Shown one piece after another: positions 31,499-42,880 of a stretch of 64,000 nt of DNA. The stretch comes from an uncultured Spirochaetota bacterium (GTDB taxonomy: Bacteria; Spirochaetota; Brevinematia; Brevinematales; JAOACQ01). The first letter of the stretch is position 1, and the number at the start of each line of letters is the position of its first letter. Below the pieces are notes generated by a model. It did not search any database, was not told the origin of the DNA, and was given only the letters and a program-made list of their open reading frames with translations. Where the stretch lies: the NCBI GenBank assembly GCA_963783575.1, contig CAWAOD010000011.1, positions 64,001 through 128,000 of the forward strand, in the 5' to 3' direction. The translations under genes and the position numbers were made by a program.

Positions 31499-32953
31499 TT
31501 ATAAGGATAAAGCCCTGTTTAAGCGCTTTAATGTCCTTTCTTTGCCGATTACGGGGAGAAGAATGTAAATTTCCGGGCCGTTAAGACGCCCTGTTAAGGC
31601 CACCCTGAGCGGCATAAAAAAGTTCTTGCCTTTTATCCCTGTCTCCTTTATAATCCTTATGGCGATTTCACCGAAAATCCCTTCGTTAACCGGCCGGGTT
31701 TCTGACTTAACGGCTTCTCCGAATTTACCGATAACTATTTTTGATTCTTCTTTCCGAAGGTATTTCAAGCCTTCAGGATCGATTTCATAATCGTCGGTTA
31801 AAAAATAACCGATATGATTTTTTATCTCTGAAAGATGCGAACAGTAACCTTTAGTTAATTCAACAACACCTTTTAAAAACCTGATGTTTTCTTCCCGTTT
31901 CAGATAATCTTCGCCGATCAATCCGGTTTCTTTAATGAAAGGAAGCGCAAGTTCGAATATCTTATTCTTATCCTCATTTATTATATAATGCTTGGCTATC
32001 CAGTCGAGCTTCGCAGTGTCGAAAATTGCGGGGCTGGGCGAAAGGCGGCCGATGTCAAATAGCTTTATCAGTTCTTCACGGGTTAGAATTTCCCTGCCGT
32101 CGGGGCTTGACCATCCGAGGAGAGAAAGGTAATTGACAAGCGCATCCGGCAGATAACCAAGGTTCCTGAATTCATCCACGCTGGTAGCGCCATGCCTTTT
32201 CGACAGTTTCTGCCTGTCGGTACCAAGGACAAGCGCCATATGAGCGAATTCCGGGACCGAAAAACCGTGAGCCCTGTAGATCATAAGCTGTCTTACTGTA
32301 TTTGACAGATGCTCATCGGCCCTGAGGACATGTGTAATCTGCATCAAAGCGTCGTCGACTACAACTGCATAGTTGTAAACCGGTACACCGTTCGCCCTGA
32401 TGATTACAAAATCCCCTACCATTCCTTTCGGGAAAACTATATTTCCCTTGACCCTGTCGATAAAACTGAAATCTTCCTCATAAGCCATAAATCTAATGAC
32501 AGGTTTCCGCCCTTCGGATTCATACTGATGTTTCTCAGATTCGGTCAGGCGCCTGCAGTGACCGTCATAATAGGGCGGCAGGCCGAGTTCTATCTGCTTT
32601 GCTTTTCTTTGCTCGACTTCTTCCGGCGTGCAGTAGCAGTGGTATGCCCTGCCTTCGCCGATCAGTTTGTTTCCGAATTCTTTGTAAATTTCGAGCCTTT
32701 CGCTTTGAAGATAAGGTTCCGAAGGACCGCCTTTATTCGGGCCTTCATCCCACTCAAGGCCAAGCCAGCGAAGATCTTCCATCAAATGATCAGTGAAAAC
32801 TGAATTTGACCGCTCTAAATCCGTATCTTCTATCCTTAAAACAAACCTGCCGTTCATATGTCTGGCATAAAGATAAGCGAATAAGGCGGTTCTGACATTT
32901 CCAACATGAAGCTTCCCGGTTGGGGAAGGCGCGAATCTTGTCCTGATCATCAT
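31499..32953 (-). CDS. gltX: Glutamate--tRNA ligase
   Basis: RFAPSPTG, HVGN, RIEDTD, KLSKR. Confidence 0.97.
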   Translation of the reverse strand: MMIRTRFAPSPTGKLHVGNVRTALFAYLYARHMNGRFVLRIEDTDLERSNSVFTDHLMEDLRWLGLEWDEGPNKGGPSEPYLQSERLEIYKEFGNKLIGEGRAYHCYCTPEEVEQRKAKQIELGLPPYYDGHCRRLTESEKHQYESEGRKPVIRFMAYEEDFSFIDRVKGNIVFPKGMVGDFVIIRANGVPVYNYAVVVDDALMQITHVLRADEHLSNTVRQLMIYRAHGFSVPEFAHMALVLGTDRQKLSKRHGATSVDEFRNLGYLPDALVNYLSLLGWSSPDGREILTREELIKLFDIGRLSPSPAIFDTAKLDWIAKHYIINEDKNKIFELALPFIKETGLIGEDYLKREENIRFLKGVVELTKGYCSHLSEIKNHIGYFLTDDYEIDPEGLKYLRKEESKIVIGKFGEAVKSETRPVNEGIFGEIAIRIIKETGIKGKNFFMPLRVALTGRLNGPEIYILLPVIGKERTLKRLNRALSL

Positions 32954-33190
32954 AAATCTCCTTCAAGCGTACTGCTTGATCGTTGGGTTATAATTGAATA
33001 TTGTTAAATTATTGATGAAGTTTTTGTTCTTCTTTCATATGCGCTTACAAAAACTTCATGGGCAGTTCCATTGGATAAAAAGTGTAGTTTAAAGAAGATT
33101 TTAGAACTACCCATATCATATTGATCAATATTAAGCCGCAAATATTTTAAAGTAAAACGTGATTTTATTCAAGGCGGATAAAATAATATA

Positions 33191-34645
33191 TCAATTATCT
33201 TTAACCGGACGATATGAGTCAAAAGGCGGCCATTCGGCGGCAGGTTCTATGATAATATTTCTGCCTCCGTCCTTTTTTACCTTGGAAAGGTTTTTGTCAG
33301 CTTGTTTAATCAATAATTGTCCCATTTCCTCAAAGTAATCTTCAGGTACCGGGCGGGGAATATCAGAAGATTCAAATTTGATATTTCTTGTAATTACTCC
33401 GCCGATGCTGACTTTTATTTGAAAATCGCATTTTTCGCCAGTTATTGTGATTTTATTCAGAAAATCAAATATCCTGCCGGATACCGCATCTATTCCTTCC
33501 GATGTTGACGGCGATAGAATGAGAACAAATTCGTCCCCCCCATACCGGCAGACAAAATCCGTTGACCTGACCGCCTGCCTCAATATTTTACCCAGAGCCG
33601 CAAGCGCCTGGTCGCCTGCTGTGTGGCCCTCCGTATCATTTATCGATTTCAGGCCGTCAAGATCGACAATCAGAAATGCAATTTGATATCTTGACCGGAA
33701 AGCCGATCTCAATTCCCGCTTAAACCATTGATTGAATACTCTGCGGACATAAACCCCTGTCAACGGATCAAGAGTGGCCATTTCGTATAATCGGCTGTTC
33801 TGTATAGCCATGGCAGCCTGATTTGCAAATATCTTAATAAGGTTAATCTCCGGTTCATTTTCCACGGAATGATCGAGATATATTATTCCAAGTACCTGAT
33901 TCCCAACTATTAAAGGAAATATTATAGAATTATCGCTTATTTCCGTCTGTTTTTTCCCGATTACCTCATAAATCTTTTTTAAATTCAATTCCGGTGCAAT
34001 GGTTTCAATATATTCGCTTGATTTAGCATGGTCGTTAAAGCGTCCCGTGGCTGCCCTGACGACCAGCCTTTCTTCTTCTTCCAAAATCGCCAGAAAAGCA
34101 TCTGCCTGGATCCCCAATAATCCTGAGATTTCTATCAAAACCTCCTGGAGGAGATCTGTAAGCGGCTGGATTTTATACATATCAGGCGCGATATTAAGGA
34201 TATAATTCAAGCCAAGGCGGTTTTTATTCAGCAATTGCACTGTATTGGCAACCTTAAGCCCCACATCGACCCACATCAGCATTTTCATCGGACCGTCGGA
34301 TTTATCATGGTATCCCTGAATGTCAAGGCGCTTGAGCATATCTCTCGGCGGATAATCCCCCGAGTATCCGGTCTGCAGAATAACCTGTATTAATGGATTA
34401 AATTTACGAAGTTCTTTAACCACTTCCTCTCCGGTCATATTTCCCGGCATATAATAATCAAGCAAAAGAAGATCAATATTACCTTTACGAAGTATTTCCA
34501 GGCCTTCCTTTCCGTTTAGCGCCGTCATTACTTCATGGCCTTCATGTTCAAGAAGCGCGGCGGTAGTCATTAAATAATCATTCTGATCATCGATTATCAG
34601 AACCTTTTTCCCACTTTTGAGTCTTGTTTCAGCCAGCCTTGACAT
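33191..34645 (-). CDS. REC-GAF-GGDEF diguanylate cyclase
   Basis: IIDD…LDYYMP receiver domain; FANQAAMAIQN; RSTD I-site and GGDEF. Confidence 0.9.
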   Translation of the reverse strand: MSRLAETRLKSGKKVLIIDDQNDYLMTTAALLEHEGHEVMTALNGKEGLEILRKGNIDLLLLDYYMPGNMTGEEVVKELRKFNPLIQVILQTGYSGDYPPRDMLKRLDIQGYHDKSDGPMKMLMWVDVGLKVANTVQLLNKNRLGLNYILNIAPDMYKIQPLTDLLQEVLIEISGLLGIQADAFLAILEEEERLVVRAATGRFNDHAKSSEYIETIAPELNLKKIYEVIGKKQTEISDNSIIFPLIVGNQVLGIIYLDHSVENEPEINLIKIFANQAAMAIQNSRLYEMATLDPLTGVYVRRVFNQWFKRELRSAFRSRYQIAFLIVDLDGLKSINDTEGHTAGDQALAALGKILRQAVRSTDFVCRYGGDEFVLILSPSTSEGIDAVSGRIFDFLNKITITGEKCDFQIKVSIGGVITRNIKFESSDIPRPVPEDYFEEMGQLLIKQADKNLSKVKKDGGRNIIIEPAAEWPPFDSYRPVKDN

Positions 34646-34959
34646 ATAATAGTACCCCCCGAATTTGTCCGAAACTGTAATAAGTTTAATTTCCTCCTGT
34701 ATAAATCACTTGGGCAATCATTTATCAAATAAATAGATTTTTTTCAGTTATACAATAGTGTAAAAAAAATAAATAATTTTGTCTAATAATTTATAATAAA
34801 TTAATTTTTCGCAGGCGATATTCCACCGGCAGTATATATTACAATTAAAAATTGTAGAAAAACCGGATTTAAATTAAAATATTAGGTTAAAAATTATTCA
34901 TATGCAATTTCTTATTTATATACATTTCAGGCAGAAATTTATCAATCGGGAGTTTAGAG

Positions 34960-36696
34960 ATGGGTGATTATGAGAAAAACAAGAATAATAATACTAAAAA
35001 CTTAACTCCGGTGGGAAGTGTTGACAACCCTGCCGGCATCAATTTTATTCAGGCTGCCGTAAATGAGGATATTAAAAGTAACAGGTTCAGCGGCATAGTG
35101 CATACCCGCTTTCCTCCGGAACCCAACGGTTACCTCCATATCGGGCATGCAAAAGCAATGACGATTGATTTCGCTGTTGCGAAGGAATATAACGGTAAAT
35201 GCAATCTTCGCTTTGATGATACAAATCCCGCAAAGGAAGAGGATGAATATGTAAATGCCATTATCAGTGATGTGAAATGGCTTGGTTTTGATTTCGGCGA
35301 TAAAGTCTTTTATGCCTCCGATTATTTTGAACAAACATACCAATATGCGGTGGATTTGATAAAAAAAGGGAAGGCTTATGTCGATGACCTGACTGCGGAT
35401 GAAATAAGGCAGTACAGGGGTACATTGACCGTACCCGGGAAAAACAGTCCTTATCGTGATAGAAGCGTTGAGGAAAACATAGATATTTTCACCCGGATGC
35501 GGAATGGTGATTATCCTGACGGTTCAAAAGTTCTAAGGGCAAAGATTGATATGGCTTCACCGAATATGAACCTGCGCGATCCTGTAATGTACCGCATTCT
35601 TCACACGCCGCACCACAGGACCGGGGATAATTGGTGCATTTACCCTATGTATGACTGGGCGCATGGGCTTGAAGACTCCATTGAGGGAATTACTCATTCA
35701 CTCTGCTCGCTTGAATATGAAATACACCGTCCTCTGTATGACTGGTTTCTTGATGAGCTTGGAATTTACCATCCCCGGCAGATAGAGTTTGCAAGGCTGA
35801 ATCTCAGTTATACGGTTATGAGCAAAAGAAAGCTTCTGGAACTGGTAAAGGCTGGTATTGTTTCAGGATGGGATGATCCGAGAATGCCGACTCTTTCGGG
35901 GTTAAGGCGACGGGGTTATACGCCGGAGTCGATAAAGGCCTTTTGCGCGCGTATCGGCGTTGCAAAAGCCGATAGTATTGTCGATATAGCGCTTTTGGAA
36001 CATTGCCTCCGCGAGGATCTTAACAAAAATGCCTCCAGGGCGATGGTTGTTTTAAATCCGCTGAAAGTTGTCATAGTGAATTATCCGAAAGGAAAAACGG
36101 AAGAAATGGAAGCCGATAATAATCCTGAAAATCCTGAAGCGGGGAAAAGGAAAATTCCTTTCTCTGGAGAAATATATATTGAAAAGGAAGATTTCAGGGA
36201 GAACCCGCCGAAGGATTTCTTCCGCCTTGCCCCGGGACGGGAAATCAGGCTCAAACATGCTTATTATATAAAATGTGTTGATGTTATAAAAAATTCCGGC
36301 GGAGAAATAACAGAATTGCATTGCACTTACGATCCGGAATCAAGGGGAGGCTGGACAAACGACGGACGTAAAGTGATGGGTACGTCGCATTGGGTATCGA
36401 TCGCGGATGCTGTTGATATCGAAGTCAGGCTGTATGAAAGGCTCTTTACAAAAGAAAATCCTGACGATGTAGAAGAAGGGCATGATTATAAGGAATATAT
36501 AAATCCCGCTTCATTAAGCCGCTTAACCGGATGCAAAGCGGAACCCGGCCTGGCCAATTCTAAACCCGGCGATATTTTTCAATTCTTAAGACAGGGCTAT
36601 TTCTGTGCCGACCCCGATTCCGGAGAGAATGGGCCAGTATTTAACCGCACAGCCGGGTTAGCGGACTCGTGGGCAAAAAAAGAAAAGAAAAAGTAA
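34960..36696 (+). CDS. glnS: Glutamine--tRNA ligase
   Basis: [29 protein letters not shown]. Confidence 0.97.
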   Translation: MGDYEKNKNNNTKNLTPVGSVDNPAGINFIQAAVNEDIKSNRFSGIVHTRFPPEPNGYLHIGHAKAMTIDFAVAKEYNGKCNLRFDDTNPAKEEDEYVNAIISDVKWLGFDFGDKVFYASDYFEQTYQYAVDLIKKGKAYVDDLTADEIRQYRGTLTVPGKNSPYRDRSVEENIDIFTRMRNGDYPDGSKVLRAKIDMASPNMNLRDPVMYRILHTPHHRTGDNWCIYPMYDWAHGLEDSIEGITHSLCSLEYEIHRPLYDWFLDELGIYHPRQIEFARLNLSYTVMSKRKLLELVKAGIVSGWDDPRMPTLSGLRRRGYTPESIKAFCARIGVAKADSIVDIALLEHCLREDLNKNASRAMVVLNPLKVVIVNYPKGKTEEMEADNNPENPEAGKRKIPFSGEIYIEKEDFRENPPKDFFRLAPGREIRLKHAYYIKCVDVIKNSGGEITELHCTYDPESRGGWTNDGRKVMGTSHWVSIADAVDIEVRLYERLFTKENPDDVEEGHDYKEYINPASLSRLTGCKAEPGLANSKPGDIFQFLRQGYFCADPDSGENGPVFNRTAGLADSWAKKEKKK

Positions 36697-37482
36697 TTAT
36701 TTTGATGCTTCAACAACAAGCCTTTTCATGGGAATTCGGCAAATACCGTGTTCATCAAGCTGATATTTTCGAAGGTAGTTTTCAGCTATTTCATCGATAA
36801 ATTCGGATTTTCTATCTTCGGGAATTTTTGCAGTATAAGGAGAAAAAGCCAGTCTTATCCAGTTTTTCAGCCCGCCTGGCCCATTAATTATGTTTTCTTT
36901 ATTGATCAAATTTACGCTAATCTTATTGTATCCAGCTTCTTTCAGCCACTCTGAATATTCCACGGTATCATAATAACCGTACTTAAATATATATCCTTTT
37001 AATAAAGGTTCCCATTTATCGTTTTGCACCGTTTTTTCGACAAGCTTAACAAGGTCTTCCTGGTTGCCTTTACCTCCCATCTGAAAAATTATCTTCCCAT
37101 CCGGTTTTAAACTTCTATAAATCAGCTTCAGGATCGGTTTATGATCCGTCAGCCAGTGGAGAGTTGCGTTGGAAAAGACAATATCGAACCTGTTTATAAA
37201 ATCAAGTTCCCTGACATCCAGTTGTATAAATTCAAGATTGGGAAATTCCCTGCCGCCGAATTTATCCTTCGAAAAAGAAATCATTTCCATTGAAGAGTCG
37301 ATCCCGGTAACTTTTCCTTTCGGCAGAAGCTTTGAAATTGCGGCGGTAATTCTTCCATCCCCGCTGCCGATATCAAGAATACATTCACTGCCGTTAACAA
37401 TAAATTTTTGGAGCATCTCCATTGCCCAAATTTCAATTTGTGAGGAATTTTTGCTGTATTCCTCAGGATTCCATTTTATCAT
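36697..37482 (-). CDS. Class I SAM methyltransferase (Tam-like)
   Basis: LDIGSGDG, FSNATLHW. Confidence 0.85.
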   Translation of the reverse strand: MIKWNPEEYSKNSSQIEIWAMEMLQKFIVNGSECILDIGSGDGRITAAISKLLPKGKVTGIDSSMEMISFSKDKFGGREFPNLEFIQLDVRELDFINRFDIVFSNATLHWLTDHKPILKLIYRSLKPDGKIIFQMGGKGNQEDLVKLVEKTVQNDKWEPLLKGYIFKYGYYDTVEYSEWLKEAGYNKISVNLINKENIINGPGGLKNWIRLAFSPYTAKIPEDRKSEFIDEIAENYLRKYQLDEHGICRIPMKRLVVEASK

Positions 37483-37586
37483 AAATTTATCCTTCCGGAA
37501 ACGCTTTTCCGGATTATATTAAAAAGGATTGCCATAGGAAATTTAATTAAAATGAATGATTGGTCTTTAGGTATGCCGGGAAAAAT

Positions 37587-37657
37587 AGCGGCCAGCGGGA
37601 ATCGAACCCGCGCCATTAGCTTGGAAGGCTAAGATACTACCACTGTATGATGGCCGC
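37587..37657 (-). tRNA. tRNA-Gly(TCC), CCA not encoded
   Basis: GCGGCCA acceptor stem, TTAGC-CTTCCAA-GCTAA anticodon arm, GGTTCGATTCC T-arm. Confidence 0.95.
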
Positions 37658-37701
37658 GTCAGGGAATAATTATAAAAAAAGATAGTCGATTTGTCAATTT
37701 A

Positions 37702-38127
37702 TTAAAATAAAATTATTCTAAATAAAAACAGATGAAGCAGTCCCGATAAAATTGTGATTATCCCGGCAATACCTTTGAACTTATCAATAAAGGCATAATA
37801 CTTATCCTTACTTTCCTTTGGTATGTTTAACAATTCCATAATATTCGGATAAATGATCGTACTGTCGAGAATCAGCAAAACGGAAGGAATCAACGCTCCT
37901 ATTATTGTTGGGGAATACATTGCCCCAAAATCCGGTGCGAAGAAATTCCAGAGTCCTATAACAATGCCCCCAAGTGAAAGAATAACCTTAGCCGCTGTAT
38001 TTTCAGATATTTTATCAATACTTGCAAAAAAATTTTTCCCTTGCGGAAAAGTTTTGGAAAAGAACTCGGTTGAAAGAATAAAACCGTAAAACAGGATTAT
38101 TATAGAAAATAATATAACACCAAACAT
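37702..38127 (-). CDS. Hypothetical 4-TM membrane protein
   Basis: GGAGG RBS; hydrophobic segments. Confidence 0.7.
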   Translation of the reverse strand: MFGVILFSIIILFYGFILSTEFFSKTFPQGKNFFASIDKISENTAAKVILSLGGIVIGLWNFFAPDFGAMYSPTIIGALIPSVLLILDSTIIYPNIMELLNIPKESKDKYYAFIDKFKGIAGIITILSGLLHLFLFRIILF

Positions 38128-38257
38128 AAATTCCTCCCATTTTTATTTATTTAAAAATCAAATAGAAAAAGTATTGTTTTTATCTTTAATTTTATACTAA
38201 AATTAATTATGTATTAAAATAATATGAAGTTATTATAATTATACAGGTAGGAGCCGG

Positions 38258-39196
38258 TTATTTCAAATTTATTGAAAATGTCTTGGTAATTTCATCTGTT
38301 TTATAATCATTGACTGGCTCAACCCTTATTTTCTTCAATTCTGAAAAAAAGATGCGGTCGATATCAGGATCGCCTGAAGATCTTATAATATCAACACGTA
38401 TTGCTAGCCCATTATTATCAAATACCATTCTCGCAGTAATGGAATAACTCATCCCCTTTTTTTTATACTCATCCGGTATTTTTGATTGAATATCTGGGAA
38501 AAATACTGTCTTTCTGGGCTTAAGGCTCCATTTTGCGCCTCCTAACGGATCGTTAGAACCGTATGGATTGCTTCCATATCCGGTGCCGAATCCGCCTTGA
38601 CCTGTTCCGCTGCCTGCCGTATAACCGGCTTGCTGATCCGATTGAACTGTGTTTTCCTCAAGAACCTTATCGATATTTCCGGAGATAGCACTTAATTCTT
38701 TGTTTATTTTGCTGTTTTCCGGGGAAGGTTTCTCTTCCTGCGCAGGCGCGGTAACGCCTTCTTCAATTATTGATTTTACCAGGCTGTGATCAGGAGTTAA
38801 AATTTTATCTTCCCGGATAACAGGTTGTTTGATTAGGTCTTTTGCCAATTCGCTTTTTTGATTTTTCTCATTAAAATCCTGCTTTAAAGTTTCCTTAAGA
38901 TGAGTTAAATTATTAACGGTATTTTTTTGAGGATTGATTTTTTCCGGCACCGCATTTTTTTCAATTGCAGCCGTGACTCTTGAAGTCATATGCGGAGACA
39001 TTTTCTTTACAGGGGTGTATAATTGATCTCCAACTCCGGCAGAAAGGCTGACCGTATCGGATTGAAATTCAACAGACATCGGCTGAGCGGTTGAAGTCAA
39101 AGGATTTGTTGTGATCCATATACCGAAAACAATAAAAACAGTAAGATGTATTAATACGGCAATTAAAAAACTTTTACCCATCCCGATATTTTCCAT
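38258..39196 (-). CDS. TonB/TolA-like energy transducer
   Basis: N-terminal AVLIH TM, low-complexity linker, C-terminal RSSGDPDID; follows exbD. Confidence 0.75.
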   Translation of the reverse strand: MENIGMGKSFLIAVLIHLTVFIVFGIWITTNPLTSTAQPMSVEFQSDTVSLSAGVGDQLYTPVKKMSPHMTSRVTAAIEKNAVPEKINPQKNTVNNLTHLKETLKQDFNEKNQKSELAKDLIKQPVIREDKILTPDHSLVKSIIEEGVTAPAQEEKPSPENSKINKELSAISGNIDKVLEENTVQSDQQAGYTAGSGTGQGGFGTGYGSNPYGSNDPLGGAKWSLKPRKTVFFPDIQSKIPDEYKKKGMSYSITARMVFDNNGLAIRVDIIRSSGDPDIDRIFFSELKKIRVEPVNDYKTDEITKTFSINLK

Positions 39197-39214
39197 ATTA
39201 CTATACCCGATTGA

Positions 39215-39616
39215 TTATTTTTCTTCAACAGTGGCAAGGCTAAGCTTCTTAACACCTGTCAGGCGTACTATATCCATTGTTTCTATAAGTTTGCCGTATG
39301 GTACTCCTTTATCGCCCTGGATCGTAACAACAATTGAATTATCTTTGATGTAATAATCTTTAATTTTAATGCCTAGATTATCTGCTGTCACAGGTTCCGA
39401 ATTTATGGCGGTTTCTCCATTCTTGTATAAAGTAATGGTTACTTCGCGTACCGGCTGGATATCGGATGTTTTACTTGCAGGCAGGTCTACATTAATGGCC
39501 GAAGCTCTTATGAATGTGGATGTAAGCATAAAAAATGTCAAAAGCTGGAGCACAACATCGGTAATTGGAGTCATATCTATTCCCGGCGGTTTTTTTTCAA
39601 ATCTTTTTAATCTCAT
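39215..39616 (-). CDS. exbD: Biopolymer transport protein ExbD/TolR
   Basis: DMTPITDVVLQLLTFFM, GDKGVPYG. Confidence 0.9.
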   Translation of the reverse strand: MRLKRFEKKPPGIDMTPITDVVLQLLTFFMLTSTFIRASAINVDLPASKTSDIQPVREVTITLYKNGETAINSEPVTADNLGIKIKDYYIKDNSIVVTIQGDKGVPYGKLIETMDIVRLTGVKKLSLATVEEK

Positions 39617-39673
39617 TGCGCCCCTCCTTTTTCAAAGAATTATCGATGTGAAGATATTAACCCTGAATTTTAA

Positions 39674-39729
39674 CAAGCGTGACGCTTGACCCTGTTTAGA
39701 TTCCTTACGCAACAAAGTTGCGTATAGCT
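39674..39729 (+). repeat. Family B repeat copy 1
   Basis: 33-bp core TAGATTCCTTACGCAACAAAGTTGCGTATAGCT identical at 39697, 48669 and 58078. Confidence 0.88.
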
Positions 39730-39824
39730 TTGCTTCGATTCCTTTAGAGTTCTTATGTTATACCTCTCAGCTTGTGCGGGGTTGTTTATTGAGAAGCTTC
39801 GTTTCGGCATTAATTCGAACCGGA

Positions 39825-40484
39825 TTAATTAAGGTTTATGGAAAAAGAAGGATTGTACAGATAAGCGCCACGATAGCTTCCATCTGAATTAGTAACTATT
39901 TCAACAATGTCCGAACTGTTAAATTTTAGTGTAAGGGTGTAACTTGTCCCGCCGAAGACAGAATAAGAATTCGCGCCTAAAGTTGTATACCAGGTATTAT
40001 TTGTATAATTGCGCTCGTTGTTTGTGATTTTACTCAGCATACTGGCGGTTGCGGCAAGGCAATAAATGTTCTGCCCGGTTATATTTGTGTAAGCGAGAGT
40101 ATATGGTGTACCGTTATAACTTCCGCTCACGGACCAGCCTTCGTCAAAACCGAAAAGGAAAGCCGTATATTCATCGGCGGGGACAGAAACTCCGGAAAAT
40201 AAAGTTGGAGAACCGGTAATATCCTGAGGTGTTCCGCCGAAAGAATTATCTTCTAGGCTAACCCAGCTTGAAAGATCGCTTCTGATTTGAACGGTCCTGA
40301 TATTTATATTGAAGCTCGCCGGCGAAGTTAAAAACCCGCCATGCGTAGGTGTTATTCCCGTGCTTCCGGTATTAGCCGCGGCTACAAAACTAAAAATCCC
40401 TTGCGAAGTATTGTTGTTTGATGAGGTGCAGGAAGAAAGTATGATTAAAGATATTGATAAAACTAAATATTTAAAGTATTTCAT
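39825..40484 (-). CDS. Hypothetical lipoprotein
   Basis: Signal peptide with LSSC lipobox; AGGAG RBS. Confidence 0.72.
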   Translation of the reverse strand: MKYFKYLVLSISLIILSSCTSSNNNTSQGIFSFVAAANTGSTGITPTHGGFLTSPASFNINIRTVQIRSDLSSWVSLEDNSFGGTPQDITGSPTLFSGVSVPADEYTAFLFGFDEGWSVSGSYNGTPYTLAYTNITGQNIYCLAATASMLSKITNNERNYTNNTWYTTLGANSYSVFGGTSYTLTLKFNSSDIVEIVTNSDGSYRGAYLYNPSFSINLN

Positions 40485-40521
40485 TTGCTACTCCTTAAAT
40501 CTTAACTTGCAAATAAATGTT

Positions 40522-41325
40522 TTATGGATTTAAAACAAATAAAAACATCCTTAGAATTTCCATATAATCTGCTGACTCAAAAATTGTACTTTCATTGCCG
40601 GCCTTCTTCATACCCGGATAAAATGAGGCTTTATAAGCCATTATATGGTTTTTAAAAATCATTTCCACCTGAAAATTTTCAGGAAGCGGTATTTTATATA
40701 TTTCGGGATTTTTTTTTAAAGCGGATTTTACACCCTCCCTAATCTTTTTAACGGATGCCGAAGGATGGATGCCGATGACAGAACCGCCTATACCCTGATT
40801 TACTGCGGCAGTTTTTATATTTTTATTCAATTCCAGGGCTTCATCGCAAGCCCCCTGGTCGCCGCTGACAAAGAAAACCGGTACTCCGGCCATTGACGCC
40901 GCATATGCGTTTATCATGCATTCCCCGGCAACCTCGCCGTTTATTTTTATCATAGCCAGTTCTTTTGAATAAGTATGGGAAATCGGACTGCATATTGAAC
41001 CGGCAGCTGAATGATAGCCTATAAAAATTACAGCGTAAAATGATCTGTTCAATTCCTGCAACATTGATAAAGGATGTCCGCTCCAACCGCGAATAAGCTT
41101 TGTATTTTTTGGGAGGTTCGCCGCTATTAAATTTCTTCCGCTCTCATGCGCGTCTTTAATCCAGATCTCTTCAGCTCCTGCACTATTTGCACCCTCGCAT
41201 GCAGCATTAACCTCCCGGGTCATCTGTTCGGCAAACCCGGCAAAATCAGGCATGCTTTTATCGGTTTCATCCCAGTGAGCAATGCCGGCTACTCCTTCAA
41301 TATCTGCACTTATATAAATATTCAT
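40522..41325 (-). CDS. D-aminopeptidase, M55 family (DppA-like)
   Basis: ISADIEG, DAHESGRN, GYH, SHT, VSGD. Confidence 0.9.
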   Translation of the reverse strand: MNIYISADIEGVAGIAHWDETDKSMPDFAGFAEQMTREVNAACEGANSAGAEEIWIKDAHESGRNLIAANLPKNTKLIRGWSGHPLSMLQELNRSFYAVIFIGYHSAAGSICSPISHTYSKELAMIKINGEVAGECMINAYAASMAGVPVFFVSGDQGACDEALELNKNIKTAAVNQGIGGSVIGIHPSASVKKIREGVKSALKKNPEIYKIPLPENFQVEMIFKNHIMAYKASFYPGMKKAGNESTIFESADYMEILRMFLFVLNP

Positions 41326-41428
41326 AATTTCTCTACATATAATATAACATACTTCATTTATATTTTCAACAAGTGATATATGGGGACCCTAAATTGAAGG
41401 ATTCTTAATGTAGATTTCTGTCATAAAA

Positions 41429-42712
41429 TTACTGCAATATTACCCTGTTACGGCCGCCCTCTTTCGCGTAATGAAGAGCTGTATCGGCTCTCTTTAAAAA
41501 ATCTTCAATGGTATCATCAAGATCTGGTTCTTTTGTAAAAAATCCGACAATATCAGTTAAATGGTCTTTTGAAGGCTTATCCTGGAACGTAGATACTCCG
41601 AAACTGCAGGTTACCTTCTCAACCTGAGGAAAATTAAATTCCTGTACGGCTACCCGGATTCTTTCGCTTAAATCGGCGGCTTCATTTTTACTGGTGCTGG
41701 GGGTTAATATCATAAACTCCTCTCCGCCCCACCGGGCGAAAAAATCGGTGTTTCTGATAAGTTTTTTAACAAGCTGCGCAATATTTGCTAATATTATGTT
41801 CCCGGCATCATGCCCGCATGTTTCATTTATTGTCTTAAAGTTATCGATATCAAACATTACAAGCGAAAGCGTGTTTCCATATCGTTTCACACGGGAAACT
41901 TCATAATCAACAATTTCATTGAATTTTTTTCTGTTAAAAATCTTGGTCAATGAATCGATAAAGTTAAGAAGATTAACTTCTTCTATTTTTCCCTTGAGTA
42001 AATGAGTAAGTATTAGATAAAAAATTACAATCAGGATTCCGGCCGTTATCGAACCATATAGAATCTGATTTGTGTATTTAATCGATTCATAATAAGTTTT
42101 AAGAATATCTTTTTCAGGGAATAAAATGCTGACTGCACCCAATAATGTCTTTGTTTCCGTATCTTTTACCTTGACAGCTACCGGATAGGAATATTCATAA
42201 TATACTTCATTAGCGCTTTGTATGGTTCTTTTACTGAAATCTTTTATATTCAATAAATAATTAAGCTTATCGGCGGGTATAATATTATCAAGGTCTTTAT
42301 AATCAAGCGAGCCGATTATCCAGCCGAATTTTATATCTTTTGAGGAAGCTTCGTCCTTTCTGTATTCTATGACCTGCGCCGAGGATATGCCATTAATATT
42401 CATTAATTTTAAATTATTTAAATAATCATTTATCTTGTCCCGCTTATTTTCTGTTATCCCTTCTACAGAAATACTGCTCAAGCCGAGTGCAGCAGCTTTG
42501 CAGGCATCATCTGTTTTTTGTATCAGTGCTATTCTTTCTTTTATAGGTAAAACAACGCTTAGCAGAATTATTATTGTAATAATTGCAACTGACATAATTA
42601 TAACTAAAACAGGGCTGACCTGTATCAGCAGATTAATTAAATTCTTGGAAATACCGGGCTTTTCTATCCTAGCCAGTTCATCAAGACTCAGTTTATAATT
42701 TTGTTCCTGCAT
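41429..42712 (-). CDS. Membrane-bound GGDEF diguanylate cyclase
   Basis: Two TMs flanking a periplasmic domain; DIDNFK, RWGGEEF. Confidence 0.9.
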   Translation of the reverse strand: MQEQNYKLSLDELARIEKPGISKNLINLLIQVSPVLVIIMSVAIITIIILLSVVLPIKERIALIQKTDDACKAAALGLSSISVEGITENKRDKINDYLNNLKLMNINGISSAQVIEYRKDEASSKDIKFGWIIGSLDYKDLDNIIPADKLNYLLNIKDFSKRTIQSANEVYYEYSYPVAVKVKDTETKTLLGAVSILFPEKDILKTYYESIKYTNQILYGSITAGILIVIFYLILTHLLKGKIEEVNLLNFIDSLTKIFNRKKFNEIVDYEVSRVKRYGNTLSLVMFDIDNFKTINETCGHDAGNIILANIAQLVKKLIRNTDFFARWGGEEFMILTPSTSKNEAADLSERIRVAVQEFNFPQVEKVTCSFGVSTFQDKPSKDHLTDIVGFFTKEPDLDDTIEDFLKRADTALHYAKEGGRNRVILQ

Positions 42713-42880
42713 ATAAACCTCCGCTATGTTTAATATTAATGCAATGAAAATTATATGTCAATCAATTCAGCATAGTCTTGCAAAATACCGGGCAACTTGT
42801 TAAAATCAGTGTTGTCACTAATTATTATCGGTCATTAACTGATAATTGGCATATACAAAACAAATATTTACGGAGGATTT

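Noticed and set aside
37587..37657. tRNA-Gly as an island integration site
   Set aside because: No integrase nearby and no duplicated tRNA 3' end seen in the window.
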